Positions 24,670 to 33,741 are shown, counted from the stretch's first letter. The stretch: 62,004 nt of DNA from Candidatus Levybacteria bacterium RIFCSPHIGHO2_01_FULL_36_15 (GCA_001782015.1 MFNJ01000048.1:1-62004); one strand, 5' to 3'. Notes: generated by a model not told the origin, from the letters alone. Numbers and translations are program-made.

Positions 24670-25899
24670 ATGGTGGTAAAATATAGGCAAATGGAAAACG
24701 TACCTCTTGCAGAAAAATTAAGGCCTAAAAAATTAGAAGAATTCATAGGCCAGGAACATCTGGTCGGTAAAGGAAAACCGGTAAGACGGATGCTTGAAAC
24801 CGGAAATATAACTTCTATGATTTTATGGGGTCCGCCCGGAAGCGGAAAAACAACTCTTGCGTCTTTGATTGCTTCTTACACAAATGCCAACTTTGTATTT
24901 TTTTCCGCAGTAACAAGCGGAGTAGAGGAAGTTAGAAAAGTTATAAAGCGCGCACAGGAAGACAAAAAAATGTACGGTAAGACAACTATTCTGTTTATTG
25001 ATGAAATCCACAGGTTTAATAAGGCACAGCAGGACGCGTTTCTGCCGTATGTTGAAAATGGAACGATTGTTTTAATTGGCGCAACCACGGAAAATCCGGG
25101 CTTCAGAGTCAACGCACCGCTTATTTCAAGAAGCCAGGTTTATGCATTGTATTCTCTTTCGGAAGAAGATATTGAAAAAATTGTTAAAAGAGCAATTCTG
25201 CTTTACAAAAAGCACAAATGGAGCACTGATGCTCTTAAGCACATTATTAAATATGCCAATGGGGATGGCCGGGTGGCAATAAACGCCGTTGAACTTGCGG
25301 CTTCGATAAATAAAAAAATTGACTTAAAAACTGCGGAAGAGGCAGTCCAAAGAAAAGCGGTTTTTTATGACAAAAAAGGGGATTGGCATTATGATACAAT
25401 CTCCGCCTTTATCAAGTCCATGAGAGGAAGCAATCCCGATGCAACACTTCATTATCTGGCCCGAATGATAAAAAGCGGAGAAGACCCTATATTTATCGCA
25501 AGACGCATGGTTATTTTTGCGTCTGAGGATATAGGCAACGCTCAACCTACCGCGCTTGTGCTGGCAACTTCCTGCATGCAGGCAGTTCACATGATAGGAA
25601 TGCCTGAAGCAACGCTTATTCTTGCCCAGACTGCCGCGTATCTTGCGACTGCCAGAAAATCTATTGCTTCAACTGTTGGGATTTCCGAAGCCCTTTCTGA
25701 TATCGATGAAGAAAATCTTGATCCCATACCGCTCCATCTCAGAAACGCCGCAAACAAAGTGATGAAGCAATTTGGTTACGGAAAAGGACACGTTCGATAC
25801 CCATGGCTTGTTGAAAAACAAACAGAAGAAAAAATAGAGCAGGAATACATGCCAGAAAATTTACGTGGGAAAAAATACTACAGACCGGACTGGAAGTAA
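24670..25899 (+). CDS. rarA: Replication-associated recombination protein A (RarA/MgsA AAA+ ATPase)
   Basis: Motifs are LAEKLRPKKLEEFIGQEHL, Walker A GPPGSGKTT, Walker [12 protein letters not shown], and the MgsA C-terminal block (HYDTISAFIKSMRGSNPDA..YLARM). Confidence 0.9.
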   Translation: MVVKYRQMENVPLAEKLRPKKLEEFIGQEHLVGKGKPVRRMLETGNITSMILWGPPGSGKTTLASLIASYTNANFVFFSAVTSGVEEVRKVIKRAQEDKKMYGKTTILFIDEIHRFNKAQQDAFLPYVENGTIVLIGATTENPGFRVNAPLISRSQVYALYSLSEEDIEKIVKRAILLYKKHKWSTDALKHIIKYANGDGRVAINAVELAASINKKIDLKTAEEAVQRKAVFYDKKGDWHYDTISAFIKSMRGSNPDATLHYLARMIKSGEDPIFIARRMVIFASEDIGNAQPTALVLATSCMQAVHMIGMPEATLILAQTAAYLATARKSIASTVGISEALSDIDEENLDPIPLHLRNAANKVMKQFGYGKGHVRYPWLVEKQTEEKIEQEYMPENLRGKKYYRPDWK

Positions 25900-25940
25900 T
25901 AATTTAGTTTTATTGCTTGAAATCTTAAATTGCACTTTCG

Positions 25941-26024
25941 TACCGGGAAAGGGAGTCGAACCCTTATGACTTATGCAGCCACAGGATTTTAAGTCCTGCG
26001 TGTATACCATTCCACCACCCCGGC
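25941..26024 (-). tRNA. tRNA-Leu(UAA), type II with long variable arm
   Basis: Minus strand reads GCCGGGG-TG-GTG-GAATGGTATA-CAC-G-CAGGA-CTTAAAA-TCCTG-(TGGCTGCATAAGTCAT)-AAGGG-TTCGACT-CCCTT-TCCCGGT-A. The acceptor helix has G-U pairs at both ends. Confidence 0.8.
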
Positions 26025-26096
26025 AGATAAACTTGAATTCGATACTCAAAGGTACTTACTACACCCAACCTATTTTAACTTAATATAATATTCGAA

Positions 26097-27062
26097 TCAA
26101 GAATGAGGCGGGGGTTCAACACCAAGAGTTTTCAGCGAATAATCAAGCAAATCTTTCATTTCCATTATTCTGTTTGTACTGTTTAACAAAATGGCTATGA
26201 TTTTATGCCCGTCATATTCCAAGTACGTCACAAGACAAAGCCCTGCTTCATCCGTGTATCCCGTCTTAACACCTTTAACACCCGGATAGGTTGTAAGCAA
26301 ATTTGTTTCATTAAAAAGATATATTTGCTTATGTTGTTCAGTATACGGAATTTCATAATCCACCGTGGAAACTATTTTTGCAAAGTTACCGTTATTCAAA
26401 CCGTAACGGGTAATCACCAGTAAATCAAAAACAGAGCTGTATTGTTTTCCATCGCCTTCAAGACCGGTTGGATTTGTGAAGTGCGTATCAGAAAGTCCCA
26501 GGTCTTCGGCTTTTTTATTCATAAGATAAATAAAATTACTCCTTCCGGACGGCATACTTTCCGCTATAGCCTCCGCGGCATCATTTCCCGAATGCAGAAT
26601 TAAGCCATACATCAAGTCTTCCAAAGAATATTCTTCACCCTTTGTCAGACCCATTGAATCCTCTCCAATACCGGCAGCGCTTTTACTAATTTTTATCTTT
26701 TGATAAAAATCTTCATTTTCAAGAGCGATTACTGCCGTCATTATTTTTGTGAGCGAAGCAATAGGGTAGCGTGACTTTATGTTTTTGTCATACAGCATTC
26801 TTTCAGAAGTTAAATCATAAGAAATTACCGATAGTGCGCTTATTTCCGGCTTCTTAATCCCCTTATCATAGATTTTATCTACTTTTGGCAACCAAAAGCT
26901 GTTTTGTGCTTGAGCTGATAAAACTTTTTGCTCGAACAGCTCAACCGGAGAAATAATAACAGGATTTTTTTCGGGTTTTATAAAAACAAGTGCAATAAGT
27001 AAATAAAAAGAGCAAAAAATCAAAAAAAAGAAACTTGTAAAAAAAATCTTGGACAGTTTCAT
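26097..27062 (-). CDS. Serine-type D-Ala-D-Ala carboxypeptidase (peptidase S11, PBP5-like), membrane anchored
   Basis: It has an N-terminal TM helix, SxxK (ASLTKIM), SxN (HSGND) and KTG (VKTGYT). Confidence 0.85.
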   Translation of the reverse strand: MKLSKIFFTSFFFLIFCSFYLLIALVFIKPEKNPVIISPVELFEQKVLSAQAQNSFWLPKVDKIYDKGIKKPEISALSVISYDLTSERMLYDKNIKSRYPIASLTKIMTAVIALENEDFYQKIKISKSAAGIGEDSMGLTKGEEYSLEDLMYGLILHSGNDAAEAIAESMPSGRSNFIYLMNKKAEDLGLSDTHFTNPTGLEGDGKQYSSVFDLLVITRYGLNNGNFAKIVSTVDYEIPYTEQHKQIYLFNETNLLTTYPGVKGVKTGYTDEAGLCLVTYLEYDGHKIIAILLNSTNRIMEMKDLLDYSLKTLGVEPPPHS

Positions 27063-27073
27063 TCTGATAAGTT

Positions 27074-27781
27074 TTACCGAAGAGTTATTTTTACAAAACC
27101 TTCAGCGTATTTCACACCGTTTTTTTTACCCAGTTCCATTGCTCTTTCTGTTGTTATTTTCACATGCTCATCTTTAATCTGACTTTTATGAGCAGTGAGA
27201 GCTTTAATTTTTATATCAAAGGAAGGAGTAATATCAACAATTTCATTGTAATTGTCAAAATTTACAAAGTATAAATATTTTACCTTATGAGGACTAAGTC
27301 CTTCAACTTCTTGCTCCGGAAATGTCAGCCTGTCGCGCGCAAGTGGAAAAACCGCGTCCATAGCAGCAATCCCTACCGCCCTATGATCTGTATGATTAAC
27401 AGAATTTCGTGAAATTGAATAAACCATAGTTGGATCCAAAGTTACCACTGTATCAGGCTTGAGCATTCTTATATAGCGCACAATATCTCTTTTAACATCA
27501 AGGTTTGGAACAAGTTCAGTATCCGGATAATCAAGAAAAAAAACATTCTTAAGTCCTAAAATTTTCCCTGCATCTATTTGTTCCTTCTGCCTTATTCTAA
27601 TTAACTTTTCAGGAGTAATATTTGGATCACCGGACCCCTTAGAACCGTCCGCGCAAATTAAATAATAACATTCAGCGCCCGTCTGAGCCCACTTGGCAAA
27701 AGTGCCTGAAGCTCCAAATTCAAGATCATCCGGATGAGCAGCCACCCCTAAAATTACTCTTTTTTTATCTTTGTTTTCCAT
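27074..27781 (-). CDS. PIG-L/LmbE family deacetylase
   Basis: Motifs are VAAHPDDLEFGASG and NHTDH. This is the second member of the family in the window. Confidence 0.8.
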   Translation of the reverse strand: MENKDKKRVILGVAAHPDDLEFGASGTFAKWAQTGAECYYLICADGSKGSGDPNITPEKLIRIRQKEQIDAGKILGLKNVFFLDYPDTELVPNLDVKRDIVRYIRMLKPDTVVTLDPTMVYSISRNSVNHTDHRAVGIAAMDAVFPLARDRLTFPEQEVEGLSPHKVKYLYFVNFDNYNEIVDITPSFDIKIKALTAHKSQIKDEHVKITTERAMELGKKNGVKYAEGFVKITLR

Positions 27782-27800
27782 CTTGCACCTTTCCTCTCTA

Positions 27801-27829
27801 TTGACAAATTAAAACCTTATAATTATATT
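27801..27829 (+). promoter_or_regulatory. Sigma70-like promoter (TTGACA-17-TATATT) upstream of gdh
   Basis: The hexamers were read directly and lie 20 nt upstream of the ATG at 27850. Confidence 0.45.
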
Positions 27830-27849
27830 ATACAAAGGCTAAATACTCT

Positions 27850-29145
27850 ATGAACACAAATAATGATATATTGTCTCAAACTAAAAATTCTATCTTAAAA
27901 CTATCCAACAAGTTTAACATAAGAAAAGATAAAATTGAAGCGTTCCTGCAACCAAACAGAGTTGTTGAAATAAATGTTCCCATAAGGACAAAAAACGGAA
28001 AATTAACAACCTTCAAAGGCTATAGAAGCCAGCACAATAATAACCTTGGACCATATAAAGGAGGAATAAGATTCCATCAAAATGTAAGCAGGGAAGAAGT
28101 TGAAATGCTCTCTCTTTTAATGAGCCTTAAATGCGCCGTTATTAACCTTCCTTACGGCGGGGCAAAAGGAGGAATGATAGTGGATCCAAAAACTTTATCC
28201 CAAAAAGAATTGGAAAACTTGTCCCGTGGATACGTAAAAAAAATTTATGATGTGATTGGTCCGGAAAAAGACATTCCAGCGCCGGATGTAAATACCAACC
28301 CAACAATCATAAATTGGATGGTGGACGAATACGTAAAATTAAGCAGTAAAAAGAATATTTCCGAAAATGTCCTTTACGCGGCATTCACCGGAAAGCCAAA
28401 GGAAAAATACGGCCTTGAAGGACGAACTGAAGCAACAGGGTGGGGAGGAATAATTGTACTTTGCGAACTTGTAAAAAAACTGGGCTTAAAAAATAAAGAT
28501 TTAACTATTGCTGTTCAGGGTTTTGGCAATGTTGGATATCATTTTTCTCTTTTTGCAAGCCAAAAAGGGTTTAAAGTAGTTGCTGTTTCAGATTCAAAAG
28601 GCGGAATCACAAACAAAAATTTAAGCACCCTTCTTTCACTTGATATTCCGCTGGTCAGAACTTGCAAAAAAAAGAAAGGTTTTATTGCGGGCTGTTACTG
28701 CGTAGGGGGCGTTTGCGATTTGACACGCGGAAGGCCGATTTCAAACGAGGATTTAATTGCTCTTCCTGTGGATATTCTTGTTCCGGCAGCCTTAGAAAAC
28801 GTGATTAATAAATCTAATATGCATAGAGTCAAGACAAAGATCATAATTGAAATGGCAAACGGCCCTGTGTCTTATGAAGCCTACGAATATCTCACAAAAA
28901 AGAAAGTAATTATTGTGCCTGATATACTTTCAAACGGAGGAGGAGTTGCTGGATCTTATCTTGAATGGAAACAAAACCTGGAAAATTCAAAATATGAAAA
29001 AGAATTTGTTTTAAAAGAGCTTGAGAGAATGATGCAAAAATCGTTTGAATACGTATGGAAAATCTCAAAAAATCAAAAACTCAATCTTAAAGAAGCCTGC
29101 TTATTTACAGCACTCAAGCGTATAATGAAATTTACCCCTAACTAG
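27850..29145 (+). CDS. gdhA: Glutamate dehydrogenase (Glu/Leu/Phe/Val dehydrogenase family)
   Basis: It has GPYKGGIRFH, the catalytic-Lys block PYGGAKGG, and the Rossmann motif VQGFGNVG. Confidence 0.9.
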   Translation: MNTNNDILSQTKNSILKLSNKFNIRKDKIEAFLQPNRVVEINVPIRTKNGKLTTFKGYRSQHNNNLGPYKGGIRFHQNVSREEVEMLSLLMSLKCAVINLPYGGAKGGMIVDPKTLSQKELENLSRGYVKKIYDVIGPEKDIPAPDVNTNPTIINWMVDEYVKLSSKKNISENVLYAAFTGKPKEKYGLEGRTEATGWGGIIVLCELVKKLGLKNKDLTIAVQGFGNVGYHFSLFASQKGFKVVAVSDSKGGITNKNLSTLLSLDIPLVRTCKKKKGFIAGCYCVGGVCDLTRGRPISNEDLIALPVDILVPAALENVINKSNMHRVKTKIIIEMANGPVSYEAYEYLTKKKVIIVPDILSNGGGVAGSYLEWKQNLENSKYEKEFVLKELERMMQKSFEYVWKISKNQKLNLKEACLFTALKRIMKFTPN

Positions 29146-29200
29146 CTTAAAGATTTATTGCGTTTTAAATCATTTATTTTTATAATTCACAAAAATTTAT

Positions 29201-29398
29201 TTATTTCTTTTTTAAAACAGGAAGACCTGTTCTTTCATTTTCTACCACCTTATAGCCCTCGGGCATTTTATCTATACTGTTTTGCCCCGCACTTCTTGAG
29301 AAATAATAAATTGTCTGTTTTTTACCTCCTCTTAAAGTAACCAGCTTGGAATTCAAATAGTATTTTGTACCTTTTTTATTAGTATGTTCATAAGCCAT
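29201..29398 (-). CDS. Small basic hypothetical protein (65 aa)
   Basis: A strong SD GGGAGGTGA lies 6 nt upstream of the ATG. The sequence is lysine-rich and has no TM segment. Confidence 0.55.
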   Translation of the reverse strand: MAYEHTNKKGTKYYLNSKLVTLRGGKKQTIYYFSRSAGQNSIDKMPEGYKVVENERTGLPVLKKK

Positions 29399-29468
29399 AA
29401 TGCTTCACCTCCCTTAAATATTTAATTTCATTATTCAAACCCATTGATAAAAATAGTATTAATTCAAC

Positions 29469-29491
29469 AAACAGATGTAAACCATCTGTTT
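29469..29491. terminator. Perfect 9-bp hairpin (AAACAGATG/CATCTGTTT) between two small minus-strand genes
   Basis: It lies 16 nt downstream of the stop of the acidic ORF. A U-rich tail (TTTGTTTT) follows only in the plus orientation, so the strand is ambiguous. Confidence 0.35.
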
Positions 29492-29506
29492 GTTTTAAGA
29501 AGATAT

Positions 29507-29632
29507 TTACTCTTCGTAATATTCATCCGTATCCATCTCTTTTTTGTCTTTTACCTCTGATTTTCCTCCTTTTTCTCCGCTTTCTTCTTCCTGCTGAATA
29601 TCTTCATCCTGTCTCTTTTTATCATCTGCCAC
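29507..29632 (-). CDS. Unannotated small acidic protein (41 aa, GTG start)
   Basis: SD AAGGAGGTGA lies 6 nt upstream of the GTG at 29632. The translation is (M)ADDKKRQDEDIQQEEESGEKGGKSEVKDKKEMDTDEYYEE. It is below the ORF-track size cutoff. Confidence 0.45.
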   Translation of the reverse strand: MADDKKRQDEDIQQEEESGEKGGKSEVKDKKEMDTDEYYEE

Positions 29633-29692
29633 TTTAATTCACCTCCTTTATTCTCAAAGATTAAATTTTAGCAACTCTAATCACAAACAGCC

Positions 29693-29968
29693 TTATATTT
29701 TTCTCATGCTTCTTCCTATAAACAAGAGCACCAAAGACCCTATAACCGCTATTACAAATGAGTTTATGTCAAAACCTGTTATTCCAACACCAAATACCAG
29801 GTTAGCCAGAAATCCTCCTACAAGTGCTCCTGCTATTCCAAGGATAATCGCTCCCACTAAACCACCTTTTGCGGGACGGGGATCTATAACGTTTGCGACT
29901 ACTCCTGCCACTAAACCAAAAACTATCCATGCAAATACGTTCACAACTTTTTCACCTCCCTTTGACAC
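29693..29968 (-). CDS. GlsB/YeaQ/YmgE (transglycosylase-associated) family stress membrane protein
   Basis: It has Gly-rich TM helices (GGLVGAIILGIAGALVGGFL). The SD GGGAGGTGA lies inside the ORF, so the likely real start is the GTG at 29944 (VNVFAWIVFG...). Confidence 0.8.
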   Translation of the reverse strand: MSKGGEKVVNVFAWIVFGLVAGVVANVIDPRPAKGGLVGAIILGIAGALVGGFLANLVFGVGITGFDINSFVIAVIGSLVLLFIGRSMRKI

Positions 29969-30071
29969 AAAATCTGATTTATATTACTTTCTCCGATTAA
30001 GAGCTGAACAAAAAATTAGTAAGAATCTTGAAAGAAAGGAGATAATTGAGGAAAAGTAGGCATGTATATCT

Positions 30072-31244
30072 TTATCTTCTGTCTAAAGCACCTTCCAGAT
30101 CTGGTCTTGCTCTAAAGAATTGTTTCAAAGCAGGGAAAACGTCTTTCTTATCTGTAATCACAACTGGTGTAAACCTCTTGTCTTTGATTGCTTGAAAAGA
30201 ATTCATAAGCACGGAGGATGAACGAATTGCGCCTTGTCTGATCTCTCCATAACCAAATAAATTGGATCTATCAATAATTTGTTTAATAAGGTCAACGCAT
30301 CTTCTGTTATCAACGTTTCCCCAGTTATCTCCGTCTGAAAAGTGAAAAGGATATGTATTCCAATCATGGGAAGGATAATCTCTATTAATAATATCCAAAG
30401 CCAGCTGGTACGCGGATGAAACTTTGGTCCCGCCTGATTCTCCAAGTTTGAAGAATTTCTGCTCGTCCACCTCCTGGGCTTCTGTATGATGTGTAAGAAA
30501 TCTTATGTCAACTTTATTATATCTTTCCCTTAAGAATCTTACCATCCAAAAATAAAAACTGCGTGTTATGTATTTTTCAAATTCTCCCATACTCCCCGAA
30601 ACATCCCTCATGGCAATAACCGCAGCGTTTGTTTTGGGTTCAGGTTTTCTGTTCCAGGTTCTAAAACGATAATCATCATCTTTAACGCCCCCAAATCTGA
30701 CTTGACCGGTTTGCATAGCGTTGCGCTTCATGTTAGCCTGAAACGTCTTTCTCTTATCAAGATTTGCCCAGAGGCCTTTTTTCCTTACATCATCAAAGAT
30801 TACGCTTTCGCTTTCCATTTCACGGGCTTGTTTTTGCTGCAAATTGGGTAACTCTAAATCTTCAAAAACAAGTTTAGCAAGATCATCAATTGTTATGTCA
30901 ACCTCCTCATAGTCTATTCCCGGCTGGTCTCCTGCTTGTCTTCCGCGTCCTGAGACATCCTGCCCAACAGAGTCTCCCGGCTGCGAATCACCGTCTCCCT
31001 GTCCTATATGTTTGTTCTTGCCAAAATCATACCTGAAACGCGGAAGCTCTAATCTTCTCATTGGAACTTTTACAATTTTTTTTCCGTCCGAAGTAATTAT
31101 GGCTTCCTCAGAAATTATCCTTGGAAGGTTTCCTTTAATTGCTTCTTTTACTTTTTCATCATGCCTTGCAGCGTCTGCGTGGCCTTTCCTATGAAGGCTC
31201 CAGTCCTGCTTGGATAATGTAATTGTTTCATGTCCTGTTCCCAT
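30072..31244 (-). CDS. YeaH/YhbH (DUF444, UPF0229) vWA-like protein
   Basis: Blocks match E. coli YeaH as I recall it: LVFEDLELPNL, RDVSGSM, FLTHHTEAQEVDEQKFF, ESGGTKVSSAY and HFSDGDNW. Confidence 0.85.
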   Translation of the reverse strand: MGTGHETITLSKQDWSLHRKGHADAARHDEKVKEAIKGNLPRIISEEAIITSDGKKIVKVPMRRLELPRFRYDFGKNKHIGQGDGDSQPGDSVGQDVSGRGRQAGDQPGIDYEEVDITIDDLAKLVFEDLELPNLQQKQAREMESESVIFDDVRKKGLWANLDKRKTFQANMKRNAMQTGQVRFGGVKDDDYRFRTWNRKPEPKTNAAVIAMRDVSGSMGEFEKYITRSFYFWMVRFLRERYNKVDIRFLTHHTEAQEVDEQKFFKLGESGGTKVSSAYQLALDIINRDYPSHDWNTYPFHFSDGDNWGNVDNRRCVDLIKQIIDRSNLFGYGEIRQGAIRSSSVLMNSFQAIKDKRFTPVVITDKKDVFPALKQFFRARPDLEGALDRR

Positions 31245-31325
31245 ATTATTGATTTAACATATTTAAGCTGTAACCTGAAAAGTCTACTATCATAGTACAC
31301 ATATCTGTAATTGTCAATAACAACT

Positions 31326-31351
31326 AAAAAAATCCTCCTTTTGGGAGGATT
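31326..31351 (-). terminator. Rho-independent terminator (minus strand) inside a divergent intergenic region
   Basis: An 8-bp stem AATCCTCC/GGAGGATT with a 5-nt loop is followed on the minus strand by a T-run. It lies 82 nt upstream of the DUF444 start. Confidence 0.45.
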
Positions 31352-31527
31352 CTCTTTGAATTTTTTTTGATTTTTATCCTCCCACAGCCTTATCAGCGCT
31401 TAATGCACATAAAGCAAATTGAATGGAAGGATATTTCTTTCATGCTCTTATGATATTAAAAACTTTATGAAATTGTCAAGAGACGTTATATCACCCTTTA
31501 AATATTTTAACGTATTCAAAGCTTCGA

Positions 31528-31556
31528 TTGAGATTTATGATTTATTCTGATATAAT
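31528..31556 (+). promoter_or_regulatory. Sigma70-like promoter (TTGAGA-17-TATAAT) placing the regulator mRNA start at or next to the ATG (leaderless)
   Basis: The -10 ends 9 nt before the ATG at 31566. There is no SD in between. Confidence 0.45.
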
Positions 31557-31565
31557 TTTCTTACA

Positions 31566-32237
31566 ATGGTCAGTAACCTTTTAATAGTAGAGGATGACAG
31601 CGGCCTTCAAAAATATCTAAAGGAGCTATTTCTTGACAATGGATATTCTGCGCAAGCCGCCTCAGACGGAGTAGCAGCACTAAATGTAATTGAAAAATCT
31701 CTTCCTGATCTTGTAGTGCTGGACTTGGGCTTGCCAAATATGAGCGGAGAAGCTGTGTGCATGGAAATCAGAAAGAAATATCCTGAACTTCCGGTTATAA
31801 TTCTTACTGCAAAAGATTCAATAAGCGATATTGTTCATGGTCTTGATCTTGGGGCAGATGACTATATAACCAAACCCTTTATAGCAGACGAGCTTCTGGC
31901 AAGGATTAAGGCAAGGCTGAGACAACGATCAGACAGTCAATCCAGGCTCAAGATTGCCGACTTGGAGTTGGACATGAAAACACTTGAGGTGCAGCGCGGT
32001 AGAAAAACTATATCTCTAACACCCAAAGAATTCAAACTGCTTGAATACCTCTTAAAAAATACCGGAAGAATCCTGACGCGCGAAATGATCCTAAACAGGA
32101 TTTGGCTTTATTCTCCTGATATAGAAACCCGCGTGGTTGACGTATATATGGGGTATCTGAGAAAAAAAATAGATTCAGGATTCAACAAAAAACTTATTAA
32201 ATCCGTCAGAGGATTCGGGTACATGATAAAAGACTAG
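31566..32237 (+). CDS. OmpR-family response regulator
   Basis: The receiver domain has LIVEDD and the phospho-acceptor context LVVLDLGLP. The winged-helix output domain shows LTPKEFKLLEYL and VRGFGY. Confidence 0.9.
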   Translation: MVSNLLIVEDDSGLQKYLKELFLDNGYSAQAASDGVAALNVIEKSLPDLVVLDLGLPNMSGEAVCMEIRKKYPELPVIILTAKDSISDIVHGLDLGADDYITKPFIADELLARIKARLRQRSDSQSRLKIADLELDMKTLEVQRGRKTISLTPKEFKLLEYLLKNTGRILTREMILNRIWLYSPDIETRVVDVYMGYLRKKIDSGFNKKLIKSVRGFGYMIKD

Positions 32238-32242
32238 GTTTT

Positions 32243-33406
32243 TTAAGCAGTGGGTTTTGCTCTTCTTAATTTAAGCTTAACTGTTGTACCTTTATCTACT
32301 GCAGAATATATCTCCAAAGAACCATGATGACTTGTTACAATATTTTTTGCGATATATAAACCCAATCCCATCCCTTCTCTTAAACCTGAATGACCCTTAT
32401 AAAACCCTTCAAAAATTTTGGGCAGGTCTTTTTTAGGAATACCAGCTCCCTGATCTTTAATAGTTAATGTTAAGTAAGAAGATTTGTTCTTTAGATTTAT
32501 TAAAACTTCTTTTTCAGAAAACTTTAACGCATTGTCCAATAAATTTACTATCACTTGAACTAATCTGTCATAATCCCCTATAACCAAATCCTTATTCTGT
32601 TTCAGGGTGCTCTTAAACAATATTTTTCTGCCAGGAAATTTGAATCTCAAGCTTTCTGTAGCAGCGTTGACTATTTTGGTCAAACTGCATATTTTAAATA
32701 CAAAGTTTAAGCTGCCGGATTGGATCTTATTAATTTCAAGCAAGTCATTCACCAAAGATGTCAGCCTTGAAGTCTCAAAGGCAAGCTCATTAACCCATTT
32801 TGATTCTCTGGGAACAGAATTGCTATTAAATTTGTTTTGCAAAAGTTGCACGTAACCGTTTATGGATGTAAGAGGAGTTCTGAATTCATGCGCAGCCATT
32901 GAAATAAACTGATTTCTGGTTTCCAGGGCTTTCTTGGTTTCGTCCAAAAGATTTATATTTCTTATCCTTTGGCTCACAAAAGATCCCAGCAGTTTTAACA
33001 AGTTTAGGTCTTTGGAAGTAAAATGTTGAATTCTAGAGGACTGGAATGTTAGAACACCTACTGAACTATTTCTATAGGATAAAGGAATCGCTATAATAGA
33101 TTTTATTCCCATTTGTCTTATTTTGGGATTCATGTTTTTTATATGTTTTACTCCCAAAACAAAAGGCCTATGTGTCTTATACGCTTTATAGGCAAATCCT
33201 TTTCTTCTTGCTTTAATCTGATAATACTCTGGAGAATTAGTGTAAACCCTTTTTAATGTTCCGTCTTGGGCCAGAAGAATAGATCCGTATTCGGCTTTTA
33301 CAAGTTTTATGGATTCGCTGACAATAGTTTCATAAATCTGATTCTGGTTCATCGGTTCCAGAAGCTTTAAAAAAATTTTATTTAAATCTTCAATAATGTT
33401 CCTCAT
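32243..33406 (-). CDS. Cytoplasmic GAF-domain sensor histidine kinase
   Basis: It has no TM helices. An N-terminal GAF-like region is followed by the H-box MAAHEFRTPLTSI, the N-box NLLDNALKF and the G-boxes DQGAGI and GMGLGL. Confidence 0.85.
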   Translation of the reverse strand: MRNIIEDLNKIFLKLLEPMNQNQIYETIVSESIKLVKAEYGSILLAQDGTLKRVYTNSPEYYQIKARRKGFAYKAYKTHRPFVLGVKHIKNMNPKIRQMGIKSIIAIPLSYRNSSVGVLTFQSSRIQHFTSKDLNLLKLLGSFVSQRIRNINLLDETKKALETRNQFISMAAHEFRTPLTSINGYVQLLQNKFNSNSVPRESKWVNELAFETSRLTSLVNDLLEINKIQSGSLNFVFKICSLTKIVNAATESLRFKFPGRKILFKSTLKQNKDLVIGDYDRLVQVIVNLLDNALKFSEKEVLINLKNKSSYLTLTIKDQGAGIPKKDLPKIFEGFYKGHSGLREGMGLGLYIAKNIVTSHHGSLEIYSAVDKGTTVKLKLRRAKPTA

Positions 33407-33613
33407 ATCAAAGAGGTTCCCGAAATGAACCTCAAATAAGCCAAATTACCGCATATTTTTAAGGCCATGGAAACCATAAAAAGCATTATTTTGAATTATA
33501 TTTATTCTACAGGAGAAGTAAAAAGTATGAAAAACTGATAAAAAATACTTTCTTTATAAATCTTTTCAAATATAATATTCACCTTGCCCCTGATTAATGT
33601 TAAATGCCGGCCT

Positions 33614-33675
33614 ATGTTAACGTTTGTAAATGTCAAATCTATAGTTTCCATAATAGATAATATGAACGTTAACAT
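33614..33675. repeat. Perfect 11-bp inverted repeat ATGTTAACGTT ... AACGTTAACAT with a 40-nt spacer
   Basis: It was read directly, with arms at 33614-33624 and 33665-33675. It lies between the dac stop (33742) and the kinase start (33406). Confidence 0.5.
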
Positions 33676-33741
33676 TAAGAAAATAATGCTATTTTCAGTA
33701 AGAATTATGAAAGAGGAGAAAGCAATATTCTTTAGAAATCT

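Noticed and set aside
29158-29340. 60-aa plus-strand ORF downstream of gdh
   Set aside because: It is antisense to the 65-aa minus-strand gene, which has a strong SD. Its sequence is low complexity and Phe/Leu-rich, typical of AT-rich shadow frames.
33412-33432. 7-bp hairpin GAGGTTC/GAACCTC immediately upstream of the histidine kinase start, as a translational control element
   Set aside because: The stem is short, no SD is evident for it to sequester, and it has no U-tail. The evidence is too weak to call.
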